This document shows, in pieces, positions 26,801 through 34,862 of a DNA stretch of 64,000 nucleotides. A program made the position numbers and the translations under genes. Each line of letters begins with the position of its first letter. The first letter of the stretch is position 1. Below the pieces are notes generated by a model that was not told where the DNA came from, made no database searches, and saw only the letters and a program-made list of their open reading frames with translations. This stretch comes from a virus, in the IMG/VR virus record IMGVR_UViG_3300032579_000010, positions 1-64,000 of that record; one strand, given 5' to 3'.

Positions 26801-29324
26801 AGCCAATGAGTGCGCCCGTAGGAATGTTGGTTCCCTGAAGGGCGTAGCCAATGTATCCGTTGCTTGTGGGAGTTGGTGAAAACGCAGTAATGGACGAAGT
26901 AACGGTAATGACTGCCGAGCCACTCGTTAGGTATCCAGAGAACTCGCTTACCGTGTTGGCTTGACCAGAGTTGGAGAAACTTCCTGTTGCCAGAACTGTG
27001 GCGTAACTGCCGTCTGTGTTTTGGAACCAAGGGGCAGTAATGGTTTCGATTGTCTGCGAGCCTGTCGTTGCTGAATACACGCCAGTGAACTCGTAGGGCG
27101 GATTAACAAAAGCAGGATTGCCGACCAACGTACCTGACGGAACGTAGTTTCCAGTAACCGCCATGCCGGGGACAATGTTTGACGGCAAAGAACCTGCGCC
27201 ACCCGTAACCGAAGGAAGCAGGATTTCACCAGTGATAGCAGGCGACGAGGCTGGGTTGGCTACTTGTGCCTGAACGCTGACGTTAGAAACCGGACCGAAC
27301 AAGGTGGGGTCGTTAGCGTCAACAACAGGCGGATTGGTTAGTCCAGCGATAGACGAGTATTGCGAAGCGTTGATAATGCGAGGGTTGCTTCCAGCACTAG
27401 CAGACGAGCCTGAGGCAACATACCCGTCAGTAACGTAGTTACCAAAGAAGGTGTTGGCGCTAATGCTGGTGACGGTGCCAACAAGTCCAGCCCCAAATCC
27501 AGTAATCACTGAGGGGATTACAAGGAACGTTCCATTGACGGGATTGTTGATGCCGTCGGAGTAAATGTATGGTGAAAGGGGCGTGGTTATGTCAAACGAA
27601 GCGCCAGCCGCTGTGTTGATTTTTGCCGTCTTGCCTGCCACCGTTGTAGCAAAAGCCGTTGCGCTAAGAATCGTGTAGCCGAATGTGAATGTGCCAGTTT
27701 CACCACTCGTAACAGGGTTAGTGAGGTAGACGATTGAGCCGTCGTTAGAAAAAACACTGGTGTAGGTGGTTACTGACTCCGAAGTCAACGCCGAAGTAGT
27801 TGGTTGGCTAATGGTGATTGTCGTACCCGATACAGACGTAATGTACGTTCCTGCTGGGATTCCACCACCGTTTACAAGTTGGTTCTTTGTAACGCCAGTA
27901 CCGCCAGAGTTGACCGTAATGGTCGTGCTTCCTGACGTGGCTGTACCAACAAATGAGAACGACGAAGCCTTACCCGTCGGGCTAGTGAACTTCATACCGC
28001 CCAGAGGGAAACCGGGTGCGTAGGCAGTCGGCTTGAACTCGCTACCAGCACCGATAGTAAATGTGCCAGCCGAGTTTGTTCCTGTTTTTCCAGCAACCGT
28101 GAATGTACCCGTGTAAGGGAACGTCATTGACGTAACGGGGATTTTGTAGTTTTGTGCGCTGGTTGTCTTTAGGTCGGTAACAACAGTGTTACCGCTGGTG
28201 GTGTAGGTGGTTCCGCCAATAACTGCGGAAGAGATGATGTTTCCACCATACCAAGCCATAGGTTGATAGCCATTTGGCGTAGAAATGTAAAAAACCGTTG
28301 ATACGGTCTGTCCGACGTTGAACTGACCGCCGGGTGCCCCTGAACTCAGCGTGATGACGGTTGCGTTTGCGCCCACCGAGATACTAGCGATTTCAGCACC
28401 AGCAATAGTCATTGACGTTGCCGAGCCGTTCAGTGACGAAGGAATCGTCTGCTGACTTAGTGTGATTGAGGAACCCGACGAGTTAATGCTGGCAATGTGC
28501 GTTCCCAGTGGGATTCCAGCACCCGTAATAACCTGACCCACCGTTAACTTGGAAACGTCAGAAACCGCAGTAATGGTTTTGCTAGGGGTTAGACCAACCA
28601 AACCAGTCACGGTAACGGTGGCAAGGTCAGTAAAGATTTCAGTAGCGTTCGAGAGTGACTGCGCATCGCCAGAACAGGCAATGAAGTAAGCATTGGTAGC
28701 GTTGCCAGCACTCAGGTTGGTAGGAGTGGGCGGATTGGCAATGTTCTGGAAAAAGTCAGAACTGTTCGTGCCATTGAAATCGGCGTTTGGTTGCAAAATA
28801 ACCGCTGGGATTCCAGCAGAAGCGTTATTTGTCGGCACCATAACCGCACTCTCGAACAAGGCGGTGTGCAGGTCTACAGAAGCCGTTGGGATTAGCCCAA
28901 TAGCGCCTACAGTGTCAAACTCGCTGACGAACCCGTCGGTTGAGGTAGCGTCCGCAGAATAGGGAACTAGACCGCTCTTGATTCCTTCTAGGACAGCGAG
29001 AGAGTCGCCAGAGGTGAAGTTAGACACGTCATTGACGTAGACGAAGTTGTCGCCATAGACCTGACCAGCGGTGGTGGGGAATCCGTCAGCAGAGGACAGG
29101 ACGGTTCCACCATTAGTGGGGAACGTAGCGTAGGTCTGACCCGTCAAGAAACGGGTAATGTCCTCGGCTTGGGCGAAGTGGATTTGCCCCGTATTGTCGT
29201 TGATTGTTCCAACGGCGAACTTAGTGAGGTCGCTTAACGCTGTAGAAGCGTCACTCGAACCGACTACCTGCCAATAGTCCGTGGTGATGTTGGCTGTGTT
29301 GGCGGTAGCGGTCAAGAGTTTCAT
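17838..29324 (-). CDS. Giant 3828-aa Ser/Thr/Gly-rich repeat virion protein (tail-associated)
   Basis: Immediately after the tape measure; many VxGxxIPxGTxIxSxSGTTxTLS repeats. Confidence 0.75.
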   Translation of the reverse strand: MKLLTATANTANITTDYWQVVGSSDASTALSDLTKFAVGTINDNTGQIHFAQAEDITRFLTGQTYATFPTNGGTVLSSADGFPTTAGQVYGDNFVYVNDVSNFTSGDSLAVLEGIKSGLVPYSADATSTDGFVSEFDTVGAIGLIPTASVDLHTALFESAVMVPTNNASAGIPAVILQPNADFNGTNSSDFFQNIANPPTPTNLSAGNATNAYFIACSGDAQSLSNATEIFTDLATVTVTGLVGLTPSKTITAVSDVSKLTVGQVITGAGIPLGTHIASINSSGSSITLSQQTIPSSLNGSATSMTIAGAEIASISVGANATVITLSSGAPGGQFNVGQTVSTVFYISTPNGYQPMAWYGGNIISSAVIGGTTYTTSGNTVVTDLKTTSAQNYKIPVTSMTFPYTGTFTVAGKTGTNSAGTFTIGAGSEFKPTAYAPGFPLGGMKFTSPTGKASSFSFVGTATSGSTTITVNSGGTGVTKNQLVNGGGIPAGTYITSVSGTTITISQPTTSALTSESVTTYTSVFSNDGSIVYLTNPVTSGETGTFTFGYTILSATAFATTVAGKTAKINTAAGASFDITTPLSPYIYSDGINNPVNGTFLVIPSVITGFGAGLVGTVTSISANTFFGNYVTDGYVASGSSASAGSNPRIINASQYSSIAGLTNPPVVDANDPTLFGPVSNVSVQAQVANPASSPAITGEILLPSVTGGAGSLPSNIVPGMAVTGNYVPSGTLVGNPAFVNPPYEFTGVYSATTGSQTIETITAPWFQNTDGSYATVLATGSFSNSGQANTVSEFSGYLTSGSAVITVTSSITAFSPTPTSNGYIGYALQGTNIPTGALIGSVTLSGSGVGGTISMVDASGNPILSTTNYTGQFGASSPVTLLGAEPDVISSGSSYGYVRATYNQEPFLHGSVFNSINPAPSGTWQITTTATGTNGSKTMTVASATGIQVGMFVQGTSNESAFGASNYYYVTNVSGTTITLNQPLTAALSSTSVQFTDTGYWGTQTGVGNSPAISTTSEIIPSVISLTVAPDGVSSTAPALVVTLTPGSPLLTIISGSITTSQSFSDPTGTYWPANVPQAVLFVSGSTLIANTAPMLPNTAAHSWFAAITNTNLDITGTSVVNMGLGSSSGIVPSVGDIVSDYISGVTSRSGLQATYSGEILPGGTAIVTAVTPTYAPGQTTTSTFTANVYSTSNGATSDNYTLLTSTALSQSYVGASLSGNGIGSGAKILSITGPTNGVYNIQMDTASTVPDTQNVVVNLTKGSKVANIVSGSVSEVVPQSSANGLSAVTNSTGGGGLVSAGAYVTAKSGNGAGATITLSQAATGTVANTTLTIVTRYIAESITASYSTGQGAQNGYAVTLYNPQWDAVNYPIDGGINGSALITSSYIGSTSIVGAPVIFWDYKLSPVSNVSLTPSGEIGVTQLASSPFASQGAIAVGDAGIGVTIGGGYTGTQIDTYGNLAIEYSNQTYLAPTYSVSASLTSSAGYFSNKPWVFNSGVTASGSTATFSLPNGYGPDGQSLYDIVGTGTPFALPNVFQITAGTGGYYSVGQHITVGSGSSAETFVVGEIFSGASGGDVIVCESNVTTMQPSTAGQTTWNSGTTTFNVGSSTSFFSPASGEDLYVVIVDYNPTTLAPNTPEVYKVSSFSASGSTFSVTLATGLSTSKSVASFSFSGSSYTINPTVYVGYPVFHHASGFQISAGGTNGITRPGDQSIWLNTNVINGRPLIQPGDVLTIQGSSTTPPTWIDSTENPSVTLTQNNGVESVTVQSVVSDFHPNEVTVHGNVSGKTITLTTPPTGSSGYLPVASVTKVYVGYTVTGTNIPSGTTITSISGTTVTLSQLATASSTGVDFTFIQPSPAIQLCYVTFTTPLLNYHAPGASILLPPQGSQEWQGVTFQDDGNAWGLNGSKVVGVLAPYSGFEINGLPAESGVYLNAIAKASTTEVDGTRSAGFITGDYGTWLKLSNGQFVHGMILSGSTTVGTNPINASESIFLPGFFDNLAQNVTPVDALGETVNGGYTFEPYVYTGSYAVAGSAATHNLTNLTVSPVSPGFTIPSSGWIVTDSSSYLPLSPAAVVASVTGGTSESTYTSGVEPSLITLSSSGQLPTPQSFTTVANQTSQGTSITVASNPAVDSNGDLSIITGMAVSGLGVLSGTFVSAVSGTTITLSKSTTLRLQNDTLSFNGVPLTMTATSQNFGINITNPVVVPQGSPGSLWPTTVTFNTFASNIDTVNNVIYLSNTALGGETPIGSFSASYSAGSATITANSLPSDSSSASGFVANNSIVGPGIPNNTTIVAVNGTSVPITLTLSSPVTQTVSNGMCVTGGSSAIPETFASQVTPEITMDSTSKMALLVDKGINQFVYQNTIFMVSPSDIDGETVVINTATNTLQKPVGGYVGGNSNFPLSGVYVWEGSIGTESAVDVTAGTTSGSGVITRSNPFLYNHSANTVVASYQSGDRYFGSTNVGDLESVTPTVVGSLYGTTLNTPVIAGTSDSIVVNPPPTSSTVTDSSGNIWQTVANLDLSVSGGIVIIGSGDTQEAVLLSGVSQRVDGATSIKPNYYPAVPVKWTLAPNQTFTYSHSAGEPVCVPNLTAGIFTTSEAWGALGSLSVPTVLAQVTTAGATSISVVSPAGISIGDNLYISDGLLSEYVQVAQSWNGSSVIPLTSGTENAHGGQSNPAIVTPGALAISAGEFAMSGSSVTNGSTTVTLSGTGSNTTANLSVGMPVTSSALLGTVTATGNISTHNGTPNASLNTLTNITGGAIAIGMVVTGTNIPAGTVVTNVFSQQGTPTVTLNQIPSGTGTGITFTFTPAATNNVLTIASITDSTHFTLSSNWPGATSSSTTLLIGDPVDWYVNSSLSGTGMPSGVYITNINGQVVTLSNFTTNVGFSGTATASSTTTLTDSSATWTTNQWAGSFINAGSSTAVIVSNTATVLTVASWTGGTPSSTASFSITNVATSLISYPAVVLNHNAVNVPTNITASDAFPVGATLSPITANGIVAGSTIEAVAFQPGNVILNLSEPSALQVVKFSIGNGFVNSHAKGAPILGSAHTGINDPAIVASNATGADTVNASAEVGMTLPWYAPGSAGSPTVNTSVASSVESNSSEIAVASPAGFPTMFPTIYQFNSILPPELGRVMGNILLGTTTIPYVKTGILPTSAPFAIKLCDDNVIVSSTSVDSSGNNVLILASPTDDTYPDMTAIQLASFDTNTSYAKIDVPNFYLGGIIYNCSTTAGSNVIKVPKTTLLAVGQAISGYALPSTIGGNFIGAVDGINSMVTIVDSTNNPVYSTATTTATPVTFGSGDIFAGQYVSNLYTTPLPSIIPSGSIVTLMYGGNQQNFVVSSTGNLNASDAISGNGIPLGTTIASVNALTGSIVMSASATASGNQTITDFTQGIFFQGNTTSGSTVVTDVVTICMPGDVNVPVQPTSAHYNFPASQGSNGVFTSVNTVCVVGLNENLSAGDVIMVSENGVSQALTVANHTDTHSTFIPVKPFTPLYAFDDNAVSVTINGNVQEGSPIVSFASSADWLTWNNAMLLNITDATGYAINCGNGSLFSGTPIITDFVCNEQATVSTTASSAAGSQSLTIATPPATAWIGQYIISAMPTVSLTASSSTVVVPTAVGITQGMQVWGSGIIAGTTVENVVGTTLTLSKQAIFSTSGSTLFISAFPYETQVVDINGTTLLANAPALLPIVNGQTFILYGVSGLVLSSNALDTTTTATTFSLGNVSFVKPYGLSVGSGATQETIYPTTAPVQSGSNWVLGLFSPTKYAHSLGEIVSYSETPSNPAPGDIAFNPSIGKFQMFDGNTWRTSRINSVQPQYSVEVTS

Positions 29325-29359
29325 GGGCGCACCACTACTTTACCCCTACTTTTCAGTAT

Positions 29360-32179
29360 TTATCGTCCGATAACCTTCAACTGGTACTGAAGGTTGTTAA
29401 ACTGCTCAGCGACGTGGTTCTTTACGTCAGCCATACTTGCCGAGTCAATATTTCCTTGAACATTTAGTACAAAAGCGCCCGGCGCAACCGTCACATTTAC
29501 GTTTCCAGCACCCTCATTTTCAGGGGTAACGCTACGAGTTCCGTTGCGCAGTGCCGCTTGGGCGTTGAGAGCCGTCCAACTGCTGATACCAGCACGGGGG
29601 GCGCTAATGCCAGCAATAAGGTTTTGTGCCTTTTGCGTACTTAGGGTGTGTCCAGCGATATTGACGTTTAGTGCGCCGTCGGTGTAGGTGAACTTGCCGT
29701 TCATTCCTTCAGTTCCCTTGGAACCGCCACCGCTGTGACCGCCAAATAGACCGCCAAAGAAGCCACCAATGCCGTGAAGGATTCCACCAGCCAAGTGTTC
29801 TGCGCCCTTGGCTACATCACTAACTGCGTGAGCGGCTCCGTGAGCCAACTTGTCGCCAAACTTGAGTGCGTCTTTGGCACCGTTTTCGAGGTGATGCGCT
29901 GCTACACCGATTGCGTGGTTAATGGTTTTGTGCCACTTGATGTAAGCCGCCGCTGCGGCCGCTACGGCTACTGAAACGCCCAGCGTCTCTGGTCCGAGGG
30001 CAAGACCACCGCTTAGTACGCCAGCAGTTTCTCCTGCGCCAGCGGCGATTTCACCACCCTCAGCGGCTACACCAGCGACTTCTTCTCCTTCGCCAGCCAG
30101 TTTTCCGAGTTTGCTCAGTTGCTTTGCGTCTTGGTAAAGACCCTTGGCTTTGTTAAAATCGTTCTTTGCGTCAGTAAGTGGGTTTCCATTCCCACCAGTA
30201 CTCATTCCACTAATCTTGGCGGTCAAGTTGTTTAGGGCTTCGACAAGGTTGTTGGTAGCCGAGAGTTGGTCGGTGGCGTGGTCACTCACTTGACCGAGGT
30301 TTGCCGTCTTGCTGAAGTTCTTAAGCCCAGCAATAAGACCCTTAAGCCCACCGCCTTCTTCCTTGTACGACTTGCGGAAAGACTCAAGACCTTGGTACAG
30401 CGACTTGGGGTTTTCAATCTTTGACTCAAGTTCCTTGATTCGTGCTTCGTCCTTAGGGTTGTTCTTATTCCTAAGGCGTTCTAGTTCACGCTCTTCCTCA
30501 AGGGTGCGAGCACTTGCGTAGCCCTTTGAACGACCCATAATGCTCTCGCCAATGCCACGGTGATTAAATGCGTCCTTGACGACACCACCAGTTGACGAGG
30601 CGACACGAGAGAGTTCGCCCATCTTGGTGATTAGCCCACCAATAGCACCGCCAGCCGCCATAATCGGCGTTAGGAATAAGTTGCGTGTAAACCAAACACC
30701 AGCGACAATAGCGAGAACCTTTCCAAGTTCTCCACTGTTTTTCACCACGTCCGCTAAACCTTTAACAACGGGGGCAACAATGCCAGCAACTAGGCGCAAG
30801 CCCGTGGCAAAGACTACGAAGGCACTTGCCATACCCTGAAGCACCTGAACAGCAAGGGGAGTAAGTGCCACAACAAGTTGGGCAAACGCCGTAACGAGTT
30901 CAGGAAGTACGGGAGCAAGGATGGTCAGGCTCTGAGAAAGAGAGTCAAAAATGTTTTGTATAGAACCGTTTTGAACCATTTGGCTAAATGATTCCGCCAG
31001 TTCTGTAGCCGCCTTGGTCAGCGAAGCGTTGAGGACGTTACCCAGTGTCGTAAACAACTTACCCAACGGACCAGTTGTATCAACAAACTTTCCGAACAGT
31101 TCGCTCAACGGTGTAAGAACACTGGAAACCATTTTTGTTAATGGCTCAATGACCAGTTGCAAAGCAGGGAGAAGGTCTTGGGTCAGGAGTGTAAAGAATG
31201 GCTTAAACATGGTAAAGATTTCACCTAATGTCTGTCCGATTGACGAACCCATACTTTGCATACTGATGCTTAGTTGTTCCAAGACTGGCTCAAGAGCCTG
31301 AACCAGTGTTCCAAGAGTTGTTGCCAACGTGTCAAGAATAGGCAGGAACAACTTACCGAAGTCTTGGTACAAGATTTGGAAGTCGTTTTGTAGGCGCTCA
31401 ACTGGCGACATAGCGGCTTGGGCTGCTCCACCAATGTGCTTCTCGATGTCCTTCATAGTCAGTTCACGAGCGGCGTACAAACCGTTCGTCTTTTCCACTG
31501 ACTTAATCTGGTTTTGCTCAGCGTCAGAAAGGGTTACACCAAAGCGTGTCATGGCGCTCAAGTGCTTGGCAGGGTCGGTAAGCAATCGGTTGAGTGCTTT
31601 GGCCGCACCAGCCATACTTCCCGAACCACCGCCACCGCCTTGGCTCATAACGGCTGATAAGTCACCAGCAGTTTGCGTTGCCAATAAAAGGTTGGCGTTC
31701 ATACCCTTAAATGCACCACTTTGTACTTTCGCACCAGTGGTGAACATCTTTGCCATGTCCTGATTGGTCAGGAGCAGGGTTTGTGCCGAGGTGATTTGCT
31801 GGCGGTTAATACCAGTCTGCAACGAGTACATCGTTGCCATACTCGCTAAGGTTGCTGAATAGTTTTCGTGCGTGATTGCGTCACGCTGGATGTCAAGAGA
31901 TTGCAGTACCTTGGCGTTTTTTACTTGGTCGCTAAGGATTGTCGCTTGAACGTTTTGCGCTGAAGCAAGTTTGGAGGCGGAATCAACAGCGCCTTCGATA
32001 GCGCCTACAAAACCAATAAAACCAATGGTTTTGGTAAGAAACGAACCTACGTTTTTGAAGGCACCAAGAACTCTATCGGCGGAGTCGTTGGCGATTTGCT
32101 CAACCTGCGACATGGCACCTTTGAAGTTAGTAACGTCAGCACCGACGATATAACTGATTCTGTTAGTTTCTTCTGCCAT
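29360..32179 (-). CDS. Tape measure protein
   Basis: Follows the chaperone pair; helical Ala/Leu/Gly-rich with 11-residue-like periodicity; ADVTNFKGAM N-terminus. Confidence 0.9.
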   Translation of the reverse strand: MAEETNRISYIVGADVTNFKGAMSQVEQIANDSADRVLGAFKNVGSFLTKTIGFIGFVGAIEGAVDSASKLASAQNVQATILSDQVKNAKVLQSLDIQRDAITHENYSATLASMATMYSLQTGINRQQITSAQTLLLTNQDMAKMFTTGAKVQSGAFKGMNANLLLATQTAGDLSAVMSQGGGGGSGSMAGAAKALNRLLTDPAKHLSAMTRFGVTLSDAEQNQIKSVEKTNGLYAARELTMKDIEKHIGGAAQAAMSPVERLQNDFQILYQDFGKLFLPILDTLATTLGTLVQALEPVLEQLSISMQSMGSSIGQTLGEIFTMFKPFFTLLTQDLLPALQLVIEPLTKMVSSVLTPLSELFGKFVDTTGPLGKLFTTLGNVLNASLTKAATELAESFSQMVQNGSIQNIFDSLSQSLTILAPVLPELVTAFAQLVVALTPLAVQVLQGMASAFVVFATGLRLVAGIVAPVVKGLADVVKNSGELGKVLAIVAGVWFTRNLFLTPIMAAGGAIGGLITKMGELSRVASSTGGVVKDAFNHRGIGESIMGRSKGYASARTLEEERELERLRNKNNPKDEARIKELESKIENPKSLYQGLESFRKSYKEEGGGLKGLIAGLKNFSKTANLGQVSDHATDQLSATNNLVEALNNLTAKISGMSTGGNGNPLTDAKNDFNKAKGLYQDAKQLSKLGKLAGEGEEVAGVAAEGGEIAAGAGETAGVLSGGLALGPETLGVSVAVAAAAAAYIKWHKTINHAIGVAAHHLENGAKDALKFGDKLAHGAAHAVSDVAKGAEHLAGGILHGIGGFFGGLFGGHSGGGSKGTEGMNGKFTYTDGALNVNIAGHTLSTQKAQNLIAGISAPRAGISSWTALNAQAALRNGTRSVTPENEGAGNVNVTVAPGAFVLNVQGNIDSASMADVKNHVAEQFNNLQYQLKVIGR

Positions 32180-32203
32180 TTTTCACCGCCTCTCTCTGTG
32201 TTG

Positions 32204-32736
32204 CTAGTTGCTTCCCTTCATCGCTTGTTCTTGCTCGTATGCCCGTAACTTCCAAACCGCTTGCCACTCGACATACTCGCTAGACGAGAGAGGTCGGTGT
32301 GCTGGGGAGCCTTCTAATAACTCGCCAACCGTGCGCCCCAACTTCTCCGCTAGTTCGTAGATGAATCGTCTGTCTGGGTTGGCGATGAGTCTTTTCCCGC
32401 TGCGTCAACAGCCCCCTCGCTCATACCCGACAGGTCCATAGCAACGTTGGCGATTTGCTCAATAGGAGCCGCCGACTTTGCCATAAGTGCCTCACGGTCA
32501 CTCTCAAGGAAAACACGCTCGCCTGTCTCAGGGTCGTAGGTGCATTGAATCACCAAATCGGGCAACGCTTGGCTTAGGTTTAACTTGCCGTCGTTTTCGA
32601 TTGCGTCAGCAAGCATCTGTGAGCGAGCCTTGGCGGTGAGTGCTTTCACTAGGACTTCAACGCCCCACGCATCTACGGTAATAGTGCGAGTAGCGATGTC
32701 GTCGGTAGCAAAAATCTGCTGTGACAGGTTTGACAT
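32204..32736 (-). CDS. Tail assembly chaperone, -1 frameshift extended form (gpGT-like)
   Basis: G GGA AAA slippery site at 32398-32392; the -1 frame reads RLIANPDRRFIYELAEKLGRTVGELL...SSEYVEWQAVW to TAG at 32204. Confidence 0.85.
32350..32736 (-). CDS. Tail assembly chaperone (gpG-like)
   Basis: Acidic 128 aa between tail tube and tape measure. Confidence 0.85.
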   Translation of the reverse strand: MSNLSQQIFATDDIATRTITVDAWGVEVLVKALTAKARSQMLADAIENDGKLNLSQALPDLVIQCTYDPETGERVFLESDREALMAKSAAPIEQIANVAMDLSGMSEGAVDAAGKDSSPTQTDDSSTN

Positions 32737-32767
32737 TAGGTGTCGGTTCTCCTTAGTTGGTTATTTC

Positions 32768-33457
32768 CTAGAGTGTAGTACGAGTGACGATGCCAGTGAC
32801 TTGGATTTCACCATCGAACGTGATAACGCCATTGACACTGCTCTTGAGGTCATACTTGGTCGAGATACCCTGACCTAAGTACTTGATTGACGGGGTGACA
32901 CCAGCAAAAGCGCCGGGGGTGGCAGGTCCGTAGCAGAACTGAATGAACGCACCAGTGTTTTGGAAGGCGTACAGGTCGTTCATAATCTGGTCAATACCAC
33001 CAGAAGCGCCGTCCGAACCGCCGTAAGCGCTTGGGTCGTACATACCTGAGAACGTTAGGCTGTAGCCCTTCAGACCAACGATGTAGGACTTAACACCAGC
33101 GGCGTTAAACGTCGTGGTTTCCTGAGGCTCAACGTCCTGTGGAAAGCCAATGTCATTGATGTAGGGCGAAATGTTAATCATTGGCAGAACAACCGAACCG
33201 CTAGGTGCCGATGCTGAAACGCCCAGAGTGGTCGTCGTGCTTGGCGCAGAAGCCGAGTAGTTCGGTACGCCGTTGATAAACAGACCGTAGACCGAGCCAC
33301 CAGCAACGATTGGCTCTTCAGTGTTCAGGATTGTGCCTGAACCCAGAGTGATAGAAGCCGAAGTGCCCGACAAAGTAGACGAGAGCGTCGAAGCAGTCGT
33401 TCCAATGTCGTACCCAAGGGCGAGAAATGCGTTCTTACCGTGCTGAAAAGTAGGCAT
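32768..33457 (-). CDS. Major tail (tube) protein, paralog 2
   Basis: F.HGKN, ETTTFNAAGVKSYIVGLK, TKYDLKSSVNGV shared with the adjacent paralog. Confidence 0.8.
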   Translation of the reverse strand: MPTFQHGKNAFLALGYDIGTTASTLSSTLSGTSASITLGSGTILNTEEPIVAGGSVYGLFINGVPNYSASAPSTTTTLGVSASAPSGSVVLPMINISPYINDIGFPQDVEPQETTTFNAAGVKSYIVGLKGYSLTFSGMYDPSAYGGSDGASGGIDQIMNDLYAFQNTGAFIQFCYGPATPGAFAGVTPSIKYLGQGISTKYDLKSSVNGVITFDGEIQVTGIVTRTTL

Positions 33458-33469
33458 GGTTGTTCCTTT

Positions 33470-34201
33470 CTAAAAACGGGCGAACCCGTAATAAATGTTG
33501 GCTGAGGCTCCTGAACCGCTCAAAGTCCAGTTAAGACGTGTGTAGCGGTACAAGGTGGTTGGCAGTGATGCCGTGTTCACGATTTCAGTACCCACTGTGG
33601 TCAGGGCAGACGTGGCATTTACCCAAGTCGAGCCGTCCTGTGAGTGTTGCAATGTGACACTAAACGTTCCCGTCAAAGAGAGAACGCCGATGACGACCAA
33701 CCCACCACGAGTGGTTGAGCCAAAGCCGTCAAGCGAAGTCGTACTTCCGTTGCCAGAAGTGGTGATTACCTGACCACGAGCACTCCAAACGCCATGGTCT
33801 GCCTGAACTTCTGCGTCTACGGCGACTACGCCAGACACAGGTGATTTCAAGTCGTACTTGGTTTGGATTCCCTGAGCGACGTAGCAACGTTCGTTCTGGG
33901 TGTTGCCACCTTGGGGGAATACAAGGATTGCCTCGTCAGCAGTGTTGCCAATGGCAGTGGTCAAGATTGCGTCAACACCGCTTGAGGTGCCGTCGTAGAA
34001 GCCAGACAAGGTGAAGTTGCCGTCACGCAAGCCGGGGATGTAGGACTTAACGCCAGCCTGATTGAAGGTTGTTACTTCCGTCGCCTCAACGTCGTTGGTG
34101 ATTGACACGTCGTTAAAGAAAGGTGAGAGGTCGTAGCAGGCATTTGCCGTGGGGTTAGTAAAGAGGACTTTAGTATTCTTACCATGTACAAAACTAACCA
34201 T
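33470..34201 (-). CDS. Major tail (tube) protein, paralog 1, with C-terminal extra domain
   Basis: F.HGKN, EVTTFNQAGVKSYIPGLR, TKYDLKSPVSGV. Confidence 0.8.
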   Translation of the reverse strand: MVSFVHGKNTKVLFTNPTANACYDLSPFFNDVSITNDVEATEVTTFNQAGVKSYIPGLRDGNFTLSGFYDGTSSGVDAILTTAIGNTADEAILVFPQGGNTQNERCYVAQGIQTKYDLKSPVSGVVAVDAEVQADHGVWSARGQVITTSGNGSTTSLDGFGSTTRGGLVVIGVLSLTGTFSVTLQHSQDGSTWVNATSALTTVGTEIVNTASLPTTLYRYTRLNWTLSGSGASANIYYGFARF

Positions 34202-34431
34202 TAGTTACCCCCGTTAGTTTCGTCAGAGACAGGCTCAGAAGGCGTTTCTGAGGCTTCTGGGGCGTTTTCAGTAGGCGTGTTAGGCGCTGGAGCGATAAAG
34301 CCGTCAGCAAGCAACCAAGTGATTGACTCACCGGGCAAGTCCGTAACAGTTTCACCACGAGCAGCGGTTTTCCCGTTGTAGTGCAAATCTGACTTTTTCG
34401 TGATGATGTACGCCACTTTGGACTTCGCCAT
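34201..34431 (-). CDS. Small virion-associated protein upstream of the tail tube
   Basis: Likely start MAKSK at 34431; GETVTDLP..SITWLLADGFI; TAATG coupling. Confidence 0.6.
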   Translation of the reverse strand: MAKSKVAYIITKKSDLHYNGKTAARGETVTDLPGESITWLLADGFIAPAPNTPTENAPEASETPSEPVSDETNGGN

Positions 34432-34502
34432 TGTCTGCCTTTCGGGAGTCGCCTTACCGCAAAATGCTACCACCGAAAATCAAAATCTCCCTTGGTGGGG
34501 GT

Positions 34503-34793
34503 CTAGTCCTCGTCCTCGTCCTTGGTGCGACGCTTGCGCTTGGTCTTGGGAACAATCTTGGTCACACGGTCAGGGTAAAACGCCCTAAATGTGGTGTTTC
34601 CGTTGGTTCCGCCATAGACAATGACAGCGATTACCTCTTCGTCCTTGACGTGAGTGTGCTTAAACACGAAAGCGCCAAGTTGCCCCTTGACCTTTACTGG
34701 GTCGTCAGGGTTGATTTCGCCCCAAACTTCCTCTTTGTGCCAAGAAGGTGTGTAGTTGGGTTCAATAACCGACGACACATTGCGTCTTGCCAT
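34503..34793 (-). CDS. Hypothetical non-structural protein inserted in the tail operon
   Basis: Own AGGAG SD and -10-like boxes; basic/acidic C-terminal tail. Confidence 0.65.
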   Translation of the reverse strand: MARRNVSSVIEPNYTPSWHKEEVWGEINPDDPVKVKGQLGAFVFKHTHVKDEEVIAVIVYGGTNGNTTFRAFYPDRVTKIVPKTKRKRRTKDEDED

Positions 34794-34862
34794 GTTGTAT
34801 CTCCTAGTCAGTTGGCGCTAAATGGCAGTTTAGCATAAGCCAGTAGCGCAAACAGGGATACA

